Shown here piece after piece: positions 53,922 to 63,544 of a stretch of 64,000 nucleotides of DNA. The notes beneath the pieces were generated by a model that was not told the origin of the DNA, did not search any database, and was given only the letters and a program-made list of their open reading frames with translations. Within the stretch, counting starts at the first letter, position 1; each line of letters opens with the position of its first letter. The stretch spans positions 1,095,829-1,159,828 of the forward strand of contig OZ246405.1 in NCBI GenBank assembly GCA_965231005.1, in the 5' to 3' direction. Source of the stretch: an uncultured Gammaproteobacteria bacterium. GTDB lineage: Bacteria; Patescibacteriota; Patescibacteriia; Magasanikbacterales; UBA922. The translations under genes were made by a program, and so were the position numbers.

Positions 53922-54230
53922 CTATGCAATGCCATGACATGTCTTTAACTGCGTAATTTCTTTGTCATGACGGTCTATCGTTTCACTATGAGCAAATTGT
54001 TTCGCCATTATCCTATTAAAACGATTTTCAAATTTTGTAAACTTTTCACTGTGTTCTGCAACTATTTCTTCTATAGTATCAAGCCTTTCATCAAGGCGAT
54101 CAAACCGCTTGTCTTGTTGAGCAAACCTTTCTTCAATTTTTTTATCTTGCTGAGCAAACCTTTTTTCAATCGCTGTAATGAATATGTTAGTTTGACGATC
54201 CAATATGTTATTTATTTTTTCCTCCTGCAT
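53922..54230 (-). CDS. hypothetical coiled-coil protein with internal repeat
   Basis: IEKRFAQQDKKIEERFAQQDKRFDRLDERLD repeat units. Confidence 0.3.
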   Translation of the reverse strand: MQEEKINNILDRQTNIFITAIEKRFAQQDKKIEERFAQQDKRFDRLDERLDTIEEIVAEHSEKFTKFENRFNRIMAKQFAHSETIDRHDKEITQLKTCHGIA

Positions 54231-54331
54231 AATATTGTATATAAATGAATGAGATTTATACTGTAACTATCAATACTACATCCGTCAAACAAATCATAAA
54301 AAATACCTCAAAATTAAACAATCTGTTTAAT

Positions 54332-56764
54332 CTAGTCCCGAATTTCAGCATCAAATTTTTTCTTCAGTCCATCTTTTATCTTCTTTTCAATCTTATCGAC
54401 GTCACCAGTTTCAAGTGTTTTTTTGTCAGAACGAAATTCAATATGATAGGCAACACTTTTTTTATTATCACCAATTTTTTTGCCTACAAAAACATCAAAC
54501 AGTTCAACATTAACAACTAGCTCATTACTTTTTTTAATTTCATGAACAATATCTGCATGCTGAATTTCTTTTGAAACAAGAAACGCAATATCACGAACCA
54601 TGCTTGGATACATTGGAAGACGAGTGTACCCTGTATTGCTACTCAATAAATCAATAGCAGTGCTAAGATTTATTTGAACCATTGCTACGCGTGAACCGAT
54701 TCCAAATAATTCTTGAACTCCCGGATGCAACTCAGCAATCGTTCCAACCTCTTCGTCCCCAATATTCAAAATTGCATGTCTTCCAGGATGAACAAAAGGT
54801 ACTGTTGGTTTACTTGTAACAATATTTATATCTGCACCACTGTAACCAAGGGCTCCGCGCAATACTTCTGCAAGCGCATGGAATGGTGCATGGTTTCCCT
54901 TTTCCACAAAAACTATTCCCAACAATGTATCTTGCCTAGGCAGTTTTTGTTTTTTATTTGGCTGTGCAGTTTTTCCATCGTCTTCTTTTCGAAATACTTT
55001 TCCAATCTCAAATAGTTTTACAACATCATTGTTATGTTCATTCATTTCCACTTTTTCAAGAAGATTTGGAATAAGATGTCGACGGACATATGGACGATCT
55101 TTTGCTACAGGATTTTCTAACTCAAGATAGTCTTTTATATCAAGACCAATACGATCAATAGTCTGTGCAGATACAAAAGAATAATTCATTGTTTCAACAA
55201 AACCATGTGTATATGCAAGTTGTTCTTTTATTCTTCTTTCAAGAATTCGAACAGGATCAATTGCTGGAGGGACAATTGGAAAGGCTGGTAACACCGGCTC
55301 AATATTGTCATATCCATACATGCGAGCTACTTCTTCGACAACATCTTCTGCAATATGTATATCCTTTGTTGCTCTCCATGTTGGGACAGTAACACGCAGC
55401 ACTCCCCTTTTTGACTTCACACTAAATCCGAGTCGCTCAAGAATTGACACAACTTCTTTTTCTGACATCTTTTCACCAATGCGCTCTTCAATATATTCCA
55501 AAGAAACTTGAATTGGTCCTTGATCTAATGAAAAAGATGATTCATCAACAACATTACTACTTACCGAAGCACCAGAAACAAGTTCCTTGATAAGAGAAAC
55601 TGCTCGTTGCAAAGCTACTTCACAATTATTTGGATCAAGACTTTTTTCAAATCGTGAAGAAGAATCTGTTCTGACCCCCACTGCCACAGAAGTCCTTCTA
55701 ATATTCTTTGCATGAAAATTTGCAGATTCAAGTACGATGCTTACTGTTTCATTTGACACTTCACTATTAGCTCCACCAATCACTCCAGCAAGTGCAATTG
55801 CTTTTTTGTCATCTGCAATAACAAGCATATCTTTTGTAAGCTTTTGTTTTCCTCCATCAAGCGTTTCAATTGTTTCATTCTTTTTTGCAGGACGAACAAT
55901 AATATGATGACCAATCTTTGAAGCATCAAACGCATGCATTGGCTGTCCTGTTTCAAGCATGACATAATTTGTAATATCAACAATATTATTAATTGGTCGA
56001 ACACCAACTGCTTGCAATTTTGCTTGCATCCATGCTGGAGATGGTTCAATCGTGATACCGTCCATTGCAACAGCCATATACCGAGGACAGAGTTCCTTAT
56101 CTTTTACTGATGCAGACAGTTTTACTTTTTTTCCTTGTTTTATTTTTTCTAATTTCAATGGTTGTAATTTTTTTTGATAAAACGCAGCGATTTCTCTTGC
56201 CATACCATAGTGCCCCCACAAATCTGGCCGATGTGTCATTGATTTATTATCTATATCAATAACAACATCATCTTGAGAAAGTGCTTCCATAAGTGGTGTA
56301 CCAATCTCAAATTCCAAACCTGTTAAATCTAAAATTTCTTTTTCTTCTGCTTTTGGAAATAATTCACCGAGACCGATTTCATCTGAAGCACAAATCATGC
56401 CAAAACTTTCTACCCCACGAATTTTTGTTTTTGTTAGTTCCACTGGTTCACCCTCACCATGCCATTTTACTTGTGCACCAATCTTTCCAAGCGCAACATG
56501 CATTCCAATGCGTAAATTTGATCCACCACATACAACCTGCACTTGTTCATTTCCAATGTCAACATGACAAACTTGTAATTTATCTGCATCTGGATGTTTT
56601 TCAATTGTTGCAACCGCACCAACAACAACCTCATCTAACAAATCTCCAAGTGATGAAACACCTTCAACTTCAACTGTTTTCATTGTCAGTTGCTCTGCTA
56701 ACTCTTCTGGTGAAACACCATCCAAGTTTACATAATCTTGTAGCCAATTTTTGCTAAGTAACAT
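54332..56764 (-). CDS. pheT: phenylalanine--tRNA ligase beta subunit
   Basis: 810 aa; N-terminal tRNA-binding domain, B3/B4, B5 and class II-like core; adjacent to pheS. Confidence 0.85.
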   Translation of the reverse strand: MLLSKNWLQDYVNLDGVSPEELAEQLTMKTVEVEGVSSLGDLLDEVVVGAVATIEKHPDADKLQVCHVDIGNEQVQVVCGGSNLRIGMHVALGKIGAQVKWHGEGEPVELTKTKIRGVESFGMICASDEIGLGELFPKAEEKEILDLTGLEFEIGTPLMEALSQDDVVIDIDNKSMTHRPDLWGHYGMAREIAAFYQKKLQPLKLEKIKQGKKVKLSASVKDKELCPRYMAVAMDGITIEPSPAWMQAKLQAVGVRPINNIVDITNYVMLETGQPMHAFDASKIGHHIIVRPAKKNETIETLDGGKQKLTKDMLVIADDKKAIALAGVIGGANSEVSNETVSIVLESANFHAKNIRRTSVAVGVRTDSSSRFEKSLDPNNCEVALQRAVSLIKELVSGASVSSNVVDESSFSLDQGPIQVSLEYIEERIGEKMSEKEVVSILERLGFSVKSKRGVLRVTVPTWRATKDIHIAEDVVEEVARMYGYDNIEPVLPAFPIVPPAIDPVRILERRIKEQLAYTHGFVETMNYSFVSAQTIDRIGLDIKDYLELENPVAKDRPYVRRHLIPNLLEKVEMNEHNNDVVKLFEIGKVFRKEDDGKTAQPNKKQKLPRQDTLLGIVFVEKGNHAPFHALAEVLRGALGYSGADINIVTSKPTVPFVHPGRHAILNIGDEEVGTIAELHPGVQELFGIGSRVAMVQINLSTAIDLLSSNTGYTRLPMYPSMVRDIAFLVSKEIQHADIVHEIKKSNELVVNVELFDVFVGKKIGDNKKSVAYHIEFRSDKKTLETGDVDKIEKKIKDGLKKKFDAEIRD

Positions 56765-56767
56765 AGA

Positions 56768-57781
56768 TTAAAATTGTTTCAAAAATCTCAAATCACCACC
56801 ACGCAAATGGCGAATGTCTTCAATAGCATATTTGAGCATAACTAACCGATCAAATCCAATACCAAATGCAAGCCCCTGATATTCATTTGGATCAAGTCCT
56901 GCTTCTTTTATTACATTTGGATGCATGAGACCGCAGCCAAGCATTTCCATCCATTTTTCACATCCATCTGCATCTGTGTATTTAATATCTAATTCAAATC
57001 CAGGTTCAACAAATGGAAAATATCCAGGTCGCAAACGCACATCCATGTCCTTTCCATAAAAACCACTAATGAGTTCTTTCATAACACCAATAAGATGTGC
57101 AATCGTAATATGTTTGTCTACAATAAGTGCTTCAAATTGTTCAAATGTGTGTTCATGTGTTGCATCCAATGCTTCATTGCGAAATACACGTCCTGGATAT
57201 GCAATCCGAAGTGGTGCACCATATTTTTTCAAATGACGAACCTGCATATTCGAAACATGCGGTCGCATGCACCAGTCTTTGTTACTTCCTTTGATATAAA
57301 AAGTATCCTGACTATCTCTGGCAGGATGATGTGCTGGAATATTAAGCCCTTCAAAACAATAAAAATCACTGTCCAATTCTGGACCATCTTCTATCATAAA
57401 TCCCATGCGACGTGCAACACTTTCCATATGCCACATTGCCTGTGTAATCGGATGAACATGACCATATCCCCTTTTTGGAAACAATGGCTGAGTTACATCG
57501 ATCTTTTCAGTCTCAGCAATTGCATCCCATGCCTGCTTGTCTAACTCCTTTTTCTTTTGTTCAAGACCACCAAGCATGATTTGTTTAATTTCGTTTGCAG
57601 ATTTTCCAATCTCCTTTCTCATATCTTCTGAAAGATCTTTCATTTCTTTCATAACCAAACTCATTTTCCCAGTTTTGCGTGCAAAAAATTCTTGCTCAAG
57701 TTCTTCGAGTACATCAAGAGCACCAACGTCGTCAAGTTTTTGTAAAAATAATTCCTGAAGTTTTTTCAATTCGTCTTTCAT
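56768..57781 (-). CDS. pheS: phenylalanine--tRNA ligase alpha subunit
   Basis: Class II motifs incl. …FPFVEPGFELDI… and C-terminal …GFGIGFDRLVML…; ORF extends to 57814. Confidence 0.85.
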   Translation of the reverse strand: MKDELKKLQELFLQKLDDVGALDVLEELEQEFFARKTGKMSLVMKEMKDLSEDMRKEIGKSANEIKQIMLGGLEQKKKELDKQAWDAIAETEKIDVTQPLFPKRGYGHVHPITQAMWHMESVARRMGFMIEDGPELDSDFYCFEGLNIPAHHPARDSQDTFYIKGSNKDWCMRPHVSNMQVRHLKKYGAPLRIAYPGRVFRNEALDATHEHTFEQFEALIVDKHITIAHLIGVMKELISGFYGKDMDVRLRPGYFPFVEPGFELDIKYTDADGCEKWMEMLGCGLMHPNVIKEAGLDPNEYQGLAFGIGFDRLVMLKYAIEDIRHLRGGDLRFLKQF

Positions 57782-57786
57782 ACATC

Positions 57787-58956
57787 TTAAAACAATCCAG
57801 CAATGTCTCTCCATGTCACAACAATAATGAGTGCCATCAAAAGAAGAAACCCAAGAGTATGAGCTATCTGCTCATATTTCATAGGTACTGGCTTTTTTGT
57901 AATTTTCTCTATTATAACAAATAAGAGCCTGCCTCCGTCAAGCGCAGGAATTGGCAAAATATTTAGTGCTGCAAGACTAAGTGAAATAACCGCACTAATA
58001 TGGATTAAATAATTAAATCCTAACTTTGCACTTTGCCCAACAACATTTGCTATTCCTACTGGACCTGCAACATCAAATAATAGTCCTTGTCCTAAAATAA
58101 GATTTTTGATCAGCAAGAAAAACCCAATAAAAATATTTACAAGCATGATAGACGCTGCTGCAATTCCTTTTGGAATTGCTGTATACCATGGATATCTAAT
58201 AATTCCTGCGTCTGCTAAAACAATACCTAGCCGAGCTGTTTCTTCTCCTTCGAGAATTGTTGGTGTGACAGAAATATCAACCTGTTCTCCTGCTCGGTCA
58301 ATCTGAAGTGATAATTCTTCATTACTATGTTTTTGAACGTAGGCAATCATTTCATCACTATTTTTCACTTCTGTATTATTAATACGCAAAACTTTATCTC
58401 CAAACTGGATTCCAGCAACTTCTGCGGGTGTATCTTGTTGCACTTGCTGAATGGTGACAGCAGGTTCTTGTACAACAACAGCACTCTCATCAATACCACC
58501 TCGAAAATCTGTTGGAAGACCAAACATAAGTCCTACAGCAAGAAGAACAGCAGCAAGAAGATAATTCATTACAACACCAGCAACAAGAACGGCTGAACGT
58601 TTCCCAGCACTGTGATACATAAAACTATCTTTATCTTTTGCATCTTCACCATTCTCCCCTTTGATTTTTACAAACCCACCAAGTGGTAACCAGTTAAACG
58701 AGTAGAGTGTTGTTGGATATTCTTGTTCACGTTTTGCCCCACCGACCGTCTCATTCATCGAACTCTTTCCTTTTCCCCACACCAAGATCCATTTCTTTTT
58801 CTTAGGATCTCTATATATTCCACCCAAACGTGGTGGAAATCCAAGTCCAAATTCATGCACTTTCATGCCATTTTTCCGTGCAACAATAAAATGCCCCCAT
58901 TCGTGGGCAATAACAAGCACAGACAATACCGCCAAAAAAATAATCACTGTGATCAT
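57787..58956 (-). CDS. rseP: RIP site-2 zinc metalloprotease
   Basis: HEWGHFIVA (HExxH) in first TM region, PDZ-like central domain, C-terminal TM segments. Confidence 0.7.
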   Translation of the reverse strand: MITVIIFLAVLSVLVIAHEWGHFIVARKNGMKVHEFGLGFPPRLGGIYRDPKKKKWILVWGKGKSSMNETVGGAKREQEYPTTLYSFNWLPLGGFVKIKGENGEDAKDKDSFMYHSAGKRSAVLVAGVVMNYLLAAVLLAVGLMFGLPTDFRGGIDESAVVVQEPAVTIQQVQQDTPAEVAGIQFGDKVLRINNTEVKNSDEMIAYVQKHSNEELSLQIDRAGEQVDISVTPTILEGEETARLGIVLADAGIIRYPWYTAIPKGIAAASIMLVNIFIGFFLLIKNLILGQGLLFDVAGPVGIANVVGQSAKLGFNYLIHISAVISLSLAALNILPIPALDGGRLLFVIIEKITKKPVPMKYEQIAHTLGFLLLMALIIVVTWRDIAGLF

Positions 58957-59029
58957 AATTGATTTTTGTACCTCCTTATTATAAACTTAATAAATAAAGT
59001 ATCTCACATTTATTTGGTTATTTCAAGCT

Positions 59030-60430
59030 ATGAAAAGACGTGTTGGCCTTGAATTTGAATATCCTGTTATCCGCAAAGACGGCAAACCTGTACTCCAAAA
59101 AGAAATCAATAGATTATTCAATTTTTTTGCGTCCAAAAAATGGACAAAGAAGAAAGATCGATACACAAAGCAGATCATAGGTGTTTACAAAAAAACAAAG
59201 CACGGGACGTTTATGATCGATAATGATGGAAGTCCAGGAATCTTAGAAATAGGCACACCGCCTCACTATGACCTTTTCTCTCTTAAAAAAGAACAGGAAG
59301 GTATTATGAAGCATATCTTTTCTTTTTTAAAAAAAACCCACTCGCTACTTGGGTATGGAGTCAGTCCATTTACTGACCCTCACGATCTGACCATCGCCCC
59401 AAAAGGACATTACCCACACATGGTAACAATTGTAGATGATTTTGAATTATTTAGACCATACTATATTTTATCTTCTACACAAACAAATATTTCTGGATCT
59501 TTGCCAGAATTATTGAAAGCAGCCAATGTATTCTTTGCATTAAGTGGACCACTCGTATCTATTTCTGCAAACATTTCTGTGTACAATGGAAAAATCTTGC
59601 CTTTCAGAGATGCACGCGGAAGTTTTGCAGACAATTTTAAGAAAAAAGTACGCAGGACATACATTGACGCTGTTGGAATTCCAAACAAACCATTTGTATC
59701 TTGGAAAGAATATATGACATTCCTTTTTGATAGACCTGGACACCTTCTTTTAATTGATGGAGAGTTTTATGCAGTACATGATCATAAAACACATTTACTC
59801 GATGCATTGAAAAACAAAAAACCAATTCTTGTACAGCGACTTAAAAAAACAACTGACAAGAAAAAACCTAAGCGAGAAAAAAAGGTACTCAAGATACAAG
59901 ACCTATGGCTCATGCAAGCAATTCTTTGGACAGATATCCGCTTAAAATTTTCATTTAAAGAATCAATAAAAACAGAAGAATTTTTACAAGCACTTGAATC
60001 TGATGAAAAAACATTTGAAACATATTTAAAAAAGAATTTTTCAAATTACTATATAGAAATCAGACCAGTTACAACACAGCCAAAAAATGAACAATATGCA
60101 ATGCCTGCATTTTGCTTGGGACTTATGGAAGAGTTACATAAGGTTGAAAAAATTATTTATAAACACGACTGGACAGTTTGGAAAAAGATGCGTGTCGCTG
60201 GATATAAAAAAGGACTCCAAGCAAAAGTAAAAAACATTGAAGCAAAAAAACTATTAAAAAAACTTCTTGCAATTTCAAAAAAAGGATTGAAAAAAAGAGG
60301 ATATGGAGAAGAAATATTTTTATCTCCCCTATACAAAAGATTAAAACAACAAATTACTCCTTCTGAAAAAGCAGAAAAAATTCTTAGAGAAGAAGGGAAA
60401 GATGCATTTTTGGATTATTTGACACTCTAA
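59030..60430 (+). CDS. hypothetical protein, possibly GCS2-like carboxylate-amine ligase
   Basis: N-terminal VGLEFEYPVI resembles G-x-E-x-E motif of glutamate-cysteine ligase family 2; weak. Confidence 0.3.
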   Translation: MKRRVGLEFEYPVIRKDGKPVLQKEINRLFNFFASKKWTKKKDRYTKQIIGVYKKTKHGTFMIDNDGSPGILEIGTPPHYDLFSLKKEQEGIMKHIFSFLKKTHSLLGYGVSPFTDPHDLTIAPKGHYPHMVTIVDDFELFRPYYILSSTQTNISGSLPELLKAANVFFALSGPLVSISANISVYNGKILPFRDARGSFADNFKKKVRRTYIDAVGIPNKPFVSWKEYMTFLFDRPGHLLLIDGEFYAVHDHKTHLLDALKNKKPILVQRLKKTTDKKKPKREKKVLKIQDLWLMQAILWTDIRLKFSFKESIKTEEFLQALESDEKTFETYLKKNFSNYYIEIRPVTTQPKNEQYAMPAFCLGLMEELHKVEKIIYKHDWTVWKKMRVAGYKKGLQAKVKNIEAKKLLKKLLAISKKGLKKRGYGEEIFLSPLYKRLKQQITPSEKAEKILREEGKDAFLDYLTL

Positions 60431-60517
60431 AATTAAACAAGTTGTTTAATTTTATGCACTTTTTTGAACTTGATTTGACGTACTAAAAAGATAGGCTATA
60501 CTCAAATTGCAAAATAT

Positions 60518-60700
60518 ATGAAAAATATAACACTCAAATTTATTCCAAATTTACGACTCAGAAATGCGGTTGGAAAATTTTTGAATAAACTCTACGAGTA
60601 TAAGACCTTGTGGGACATAAGAAGATCGGAAAAAGAATACGAACGCGGGGAGTATTATTCACTTGAGACTGAGGAAGATTGGGATAGATTATTTGGTTAA
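60518..60700 (+). CDS. putative antitoxin partner of RelE/ParE toxin
   Basis: 60-aa ORF 18 nt upstream of toxin gene; no recognisable family. Confidence 0.3.
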   Translation: MKNITLKFIPNLRLRNAVGKFLNKLYEYKTLWDIRRSEKEYERGEYYSLETEEDWDRLFG

Positions 60701-60717
60701 ACTAAGATCAAGGAGGG

Positions 60718-60978
60718 ATGTATAAGATAGAATATTCAAAACAATTTTTAAGGTTAAGTAAGAAACTACCTAAAAACATTATAGACATAGCAAAACAAAA
60801 AACTATGATGTTGGCAAAAGATCCTTTTCATTCAGCCTTAAAAACTCATAAGTTACACGGTAAATTTAGAAAATATTTTTCATTTTCAATAAATTACGAA
60901 TATAGAATTGTATTCAAATTTGTTGATAAAAAGACATTATTATTTTTAAAAATTGGTAAACACGACATGTATGAGTAA
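60718..60978 (+). CDS. RelE/ParE family type II toxin
   Basis: 86 aa; …HKLHGKFRKYFSFSINYEYRIVFKFVDKKTLLFLKIGKHDMYE matches RelE/ParE C-terminal pattern. Confidence 0.55.
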   Translation: MYKIEYSKQFLRLSKKLPKNIIDIAKQKTMMLAKDPFHSALKTHKLHGKFRKYFSFSINYEYRIVFKFVDKKTLLFLKIGKHDMYE

Positions 60979-61315
60979 CTACACTATTTGGCACAACCCA
61001 CGTTGTACAAAAAGCAGACAAACACTTCAATTATTTAAAGACAATGGAATAGAACCAACTGTTCGATTGTATCTTGAAGACAATCCAACAAAAAAAGAAT
61101 TGCAAGAAGCTACTACCAAGCTTGGAATGCGTCCAATTGAATTTACAAGAAAAAAAGAAGAAGCATTCAAAGAAGCAGGGCTTACAAAAGATAGTAGTGA
61201 CGATGAAGTACTTTCTGCAATGGTGAAATATCCAAAACTTATTGAACGACCAATTGTTATAAAAAATAAAAAAGCAGTTCTTGGAAGACCGCCTGAAAAT
61301 GTGTTAAATCTATAA
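60971..61315 (+). CDS. ArsC/Spx/YffB family protein
   Basis: YTIWHNPRCTKSRQTLQLFKDNGIE… (CxxS/T redox motif region) typical of the ArsC/Spx family; start overlaps toxin stop (ATGAGTAA). Confidence 0.55.
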   Translation: MSNYTIWHNPRCTKSRQTLQLFKDNGIEPTVRLYLEDNPTKKELQEATTKLGMRPIEFTRKKEEAFKEAGLTKDSSDDEVLSAMVKYPKLIERPIVIKNKKAVLGRPPENVLNL

Positions 61316-61316
61316 A

Positions 61317-61344
61317 CAAAAAAAGCGCCTATGCGCTTTTTTTG
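61317..61344. terminator. rho-independent terminator
   Basis: aaaaagcgc-ctat-gcgcttttttt. Confidence 0.55.
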
Positions 61345-61466
61345 ATTACTAGACAAAAAGGTATGTGAGCGAACGAGACGATGATTGTGTTTTTCTCCTT
61401 CTTTGCTCCAGTGACCTTGTGACTTGTGGCGTCAGTGGGCCGTTGTTGTGGAGACGATGGTGGGTG

Positions 61467-61793
61467 TCAGTTCGAGTGCGGGTAGGTGGCCGAGTACTTC
61501 TGGAGCAGATGAGTCACCACTGCGATGAAGAGTGCAGCCATGCCGAAGAGAGCACCGACCACGAAGAAGCCGATGGCCCCCCAGAGCATCCACAGCTCGA
61601 ACGTGTTCGCCGGGACAGCCATGACCCCACAGCCCACATCGACCAGCTCAGCTCCGAGAGCCTCACGGGTCCACTGAGAACCGACCGAGATCGCCACGGC
61701 AAGGGCCGGAATGCCAGCCGTGAAGACCAGCCAGATCTTGACGCTCTTGGGCATGGGCGCTCGCTCGTACGTATCGTTCGTATTTTCGTTCAT
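61467..61793 (-). CDS. small GC-rich membrane protein (hypothetical)
   Basis: MNENTNDTYERAPMPKSVKIWLVFTAGIPALAVAISV…; two to three TM helices; lies in a 450-bp strongly GC-rich islet; plus-strand ORF here is an Arg-rich shadow. Confidence 0.35.
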   Translation of the reverse strand: MNENTNDTYERAPMPKSVKIWLVFTAGIPALAVAISVGSQWTREALGAELVDVGCGVMAVPANTFELWMLWGAIGFFVVGALFGMAALFIAVVTHLLQKYSATYPHSN

Positions 61794-61913
61794 GATTCCC
61801 CCTTGGAAAGATGTTTTTCCGTCGCGGATGCGACAGAGATTCGTTTTCGTTCGCTCAACCTTTTTGTCTAATAGATTGTAATAAACATAGTATAACAAAC
61901 CAATATAACACAA

Positions 61914-61937
61914 AAATCCCTTTTTGTCAAGGGATTT
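61914..61937. terminator. terminator hairpin downstream of phosphoglucomutase gene
   Basis: aaatccctt-tttgtc-aagggattt. Confidence 0.45.
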
Positions 61938-61974
61938 ATGCAAATTTTTTGCTTAAATGAGCCAAATTCCCGTA

Positions 61975-63381
61975 TTATTTCTCTATAAAATTCTTGATTT
62001 CAGTAAGCTTTTCTTCCATAACCCCTTCTTCCCACGCCTCAAGATTCAAACGCAATACTGGCTCAGTATTGCTTTTTCGCGCATTAAACCATCCCCAGTC
62101 AAATTCTAACCACAACCCATCAATATCAACTTGCTTTATTGCATTTGGAGCGTACTTCTCTTTTAGTGCTTCTAACATGCCATCTTTATCTTCTACTTCA
62201 AAATTTATTTCTCCTGAATGAAAATATTTTTGAAGTGGTGATAAAATCTGACTCATTGGTTTGTTTTCTTGAGACAATGTGCGCAACAGATATAGCAAAG
62301 ATAATTCAGTACATTCAATTTTATACATCTCATCAAAATATAAATGCAATGAAAGCTCACCACCAAATACAGCACCATTATCTCTCATCATTTTTTTAAT
62401 ATTAGTATGCCCGACAGGAGTAATGATTGTCTTTGCACCCGCACCTTCCCACATCTCTTTCGCAATCCTACTCAACCGTAGATCATACAACATGGTAGCC
62501 CCTGGATTATTTTTCAACACTTGCTGCCCGATTAATGTTACAACAAATGATCCGTCAATAACCTCGCCTTTTTCATTTACAGCACCAATACGATCTGCAT
62601 CACCGTCGAGTGCAAGACCAAGATCTGCGCCAACCTCTAAAACGTTTGCCTGCAAATCTTTTAATGTTTCTGTTTTTATTGGGTTTGCCTCATGATTTGG
62701 AAAGGTTCCATCTGGTTCAATAAATAAATATTCAACCTCAACCTGAGGTAATGATTTTAAAAGTCTTGGAAATGTTACACCACCCATTCCATTTGCGTTG
62801 TCTATCACTATTTTCATTGGCTTAATTTCCTTTGGGGAAATAAAACTAAAAATCCGCTCTTGATACAAAGGAAACATATCACGTTCTTCCAATCCACCTT
62901 TCTCACCTTCTATTACATCATATGTTTTATTCAAAATTGAATCACGAATTTCTTCCATGCCATTTACTTTTCCAACTGCTAACCCATTTCCCAGACATAA
63001 TTTAAATCCATTGTACTCCGAAGGATTATGACTTGCTGTGACGATAATTCCTCCAACATGTTCTTCTATATGAGCACATGAAAAATTAAATAATGGTGTT
63101 GTACATAAGCCGATGTCTACAACATCTACACCCTGTTCTTGTATTCCTGCAATAACTGCACGAGAAAACGGCATACTTGTCTCTCGCATATCACGACCAA
63201 CAACCATCTTTTTTCCAGTAAAATCCTGTCCTTGTTTGCGCAAAAAATCAACAAAAGCACTTCCAAGTGCATGAGCTAATTCTTCGCTTAATTCAGAATC
63301 TACAAGCCCTCGAATATCATACGATTTAAATATGTGTGATGGAATATCTACCATAGCAAATAAAGTTGAAAAATAAGTCAA
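61975..63381 (-). CDS. phosphoglucomutase/phosphomannomutase family protein
   Basis: GIIVTASHNPSEYNGFK active-site Ser signature; four-domain alpha-D-phosphohexomutase length. Confidence 0.75.
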   Translation of the reverse strand: MTYFSTLFAMVDIPSHIFKSYDIRGLVDSELSEELAHALGSAFVDFLRKQGQDFTGKKMVVGRDMRETSMPFSRAVIAGIQEQGVDVVDIGLCTTPLFNFSCAHIEEHVGGIIVTASHNPSEYNGFKLCLGNGLAVGKVNGMEEIRDSILNKTYDVIEGEKGGLEERDMFPLYQERIFSFISPKEIKPMKIVIDNANGMGGVTFPRLLKSLPQVEVEYLFIEPDGTFPNHEANPIKTETLKDLQANVLEVGADLGLALDGDADRIGAVNEKGEVIDGSFVVTLIGQQVLKNNPGATMLYDLRLSRIAKEMWEGAGAKTIITPVGHTNIKKMMRDNGAVFGGELSLHLYFDEMYKIECTELSLLYLLRTLSQENKPMSQILSPLQKYFHSGEINFEVEDKDGMLEALKEKYAPNAIKQVDIDGLWLEFDWGWFNARKSNTEPVLRLNLEAWEEGVMEEKLTEIKNFIEK

Positions 63382-63544
63382 CCTAGTATATACTGAAACT
63401 AAATCTATGTAAAACTGATCAATTTTAGATCAATATTTTGTGTTTAATAATTGGAAACCAGAAATCAGGGATCAGGGCTTTTTTAACATGCGTTCATTGT
63501 TAAATCCCTGGTTTCCGATTTCTGATTTCTAATCCCTAAATATC

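Noticed and set aside
61365-61871. 168-aa plus-strand ORF in GC-rich islet
   Set aside because: The Arg/Asp-rich translation lacks hydrophobic cores, whereas the minus-strand frame encodes clear TM helices. The plus-strand frame is a shadow.
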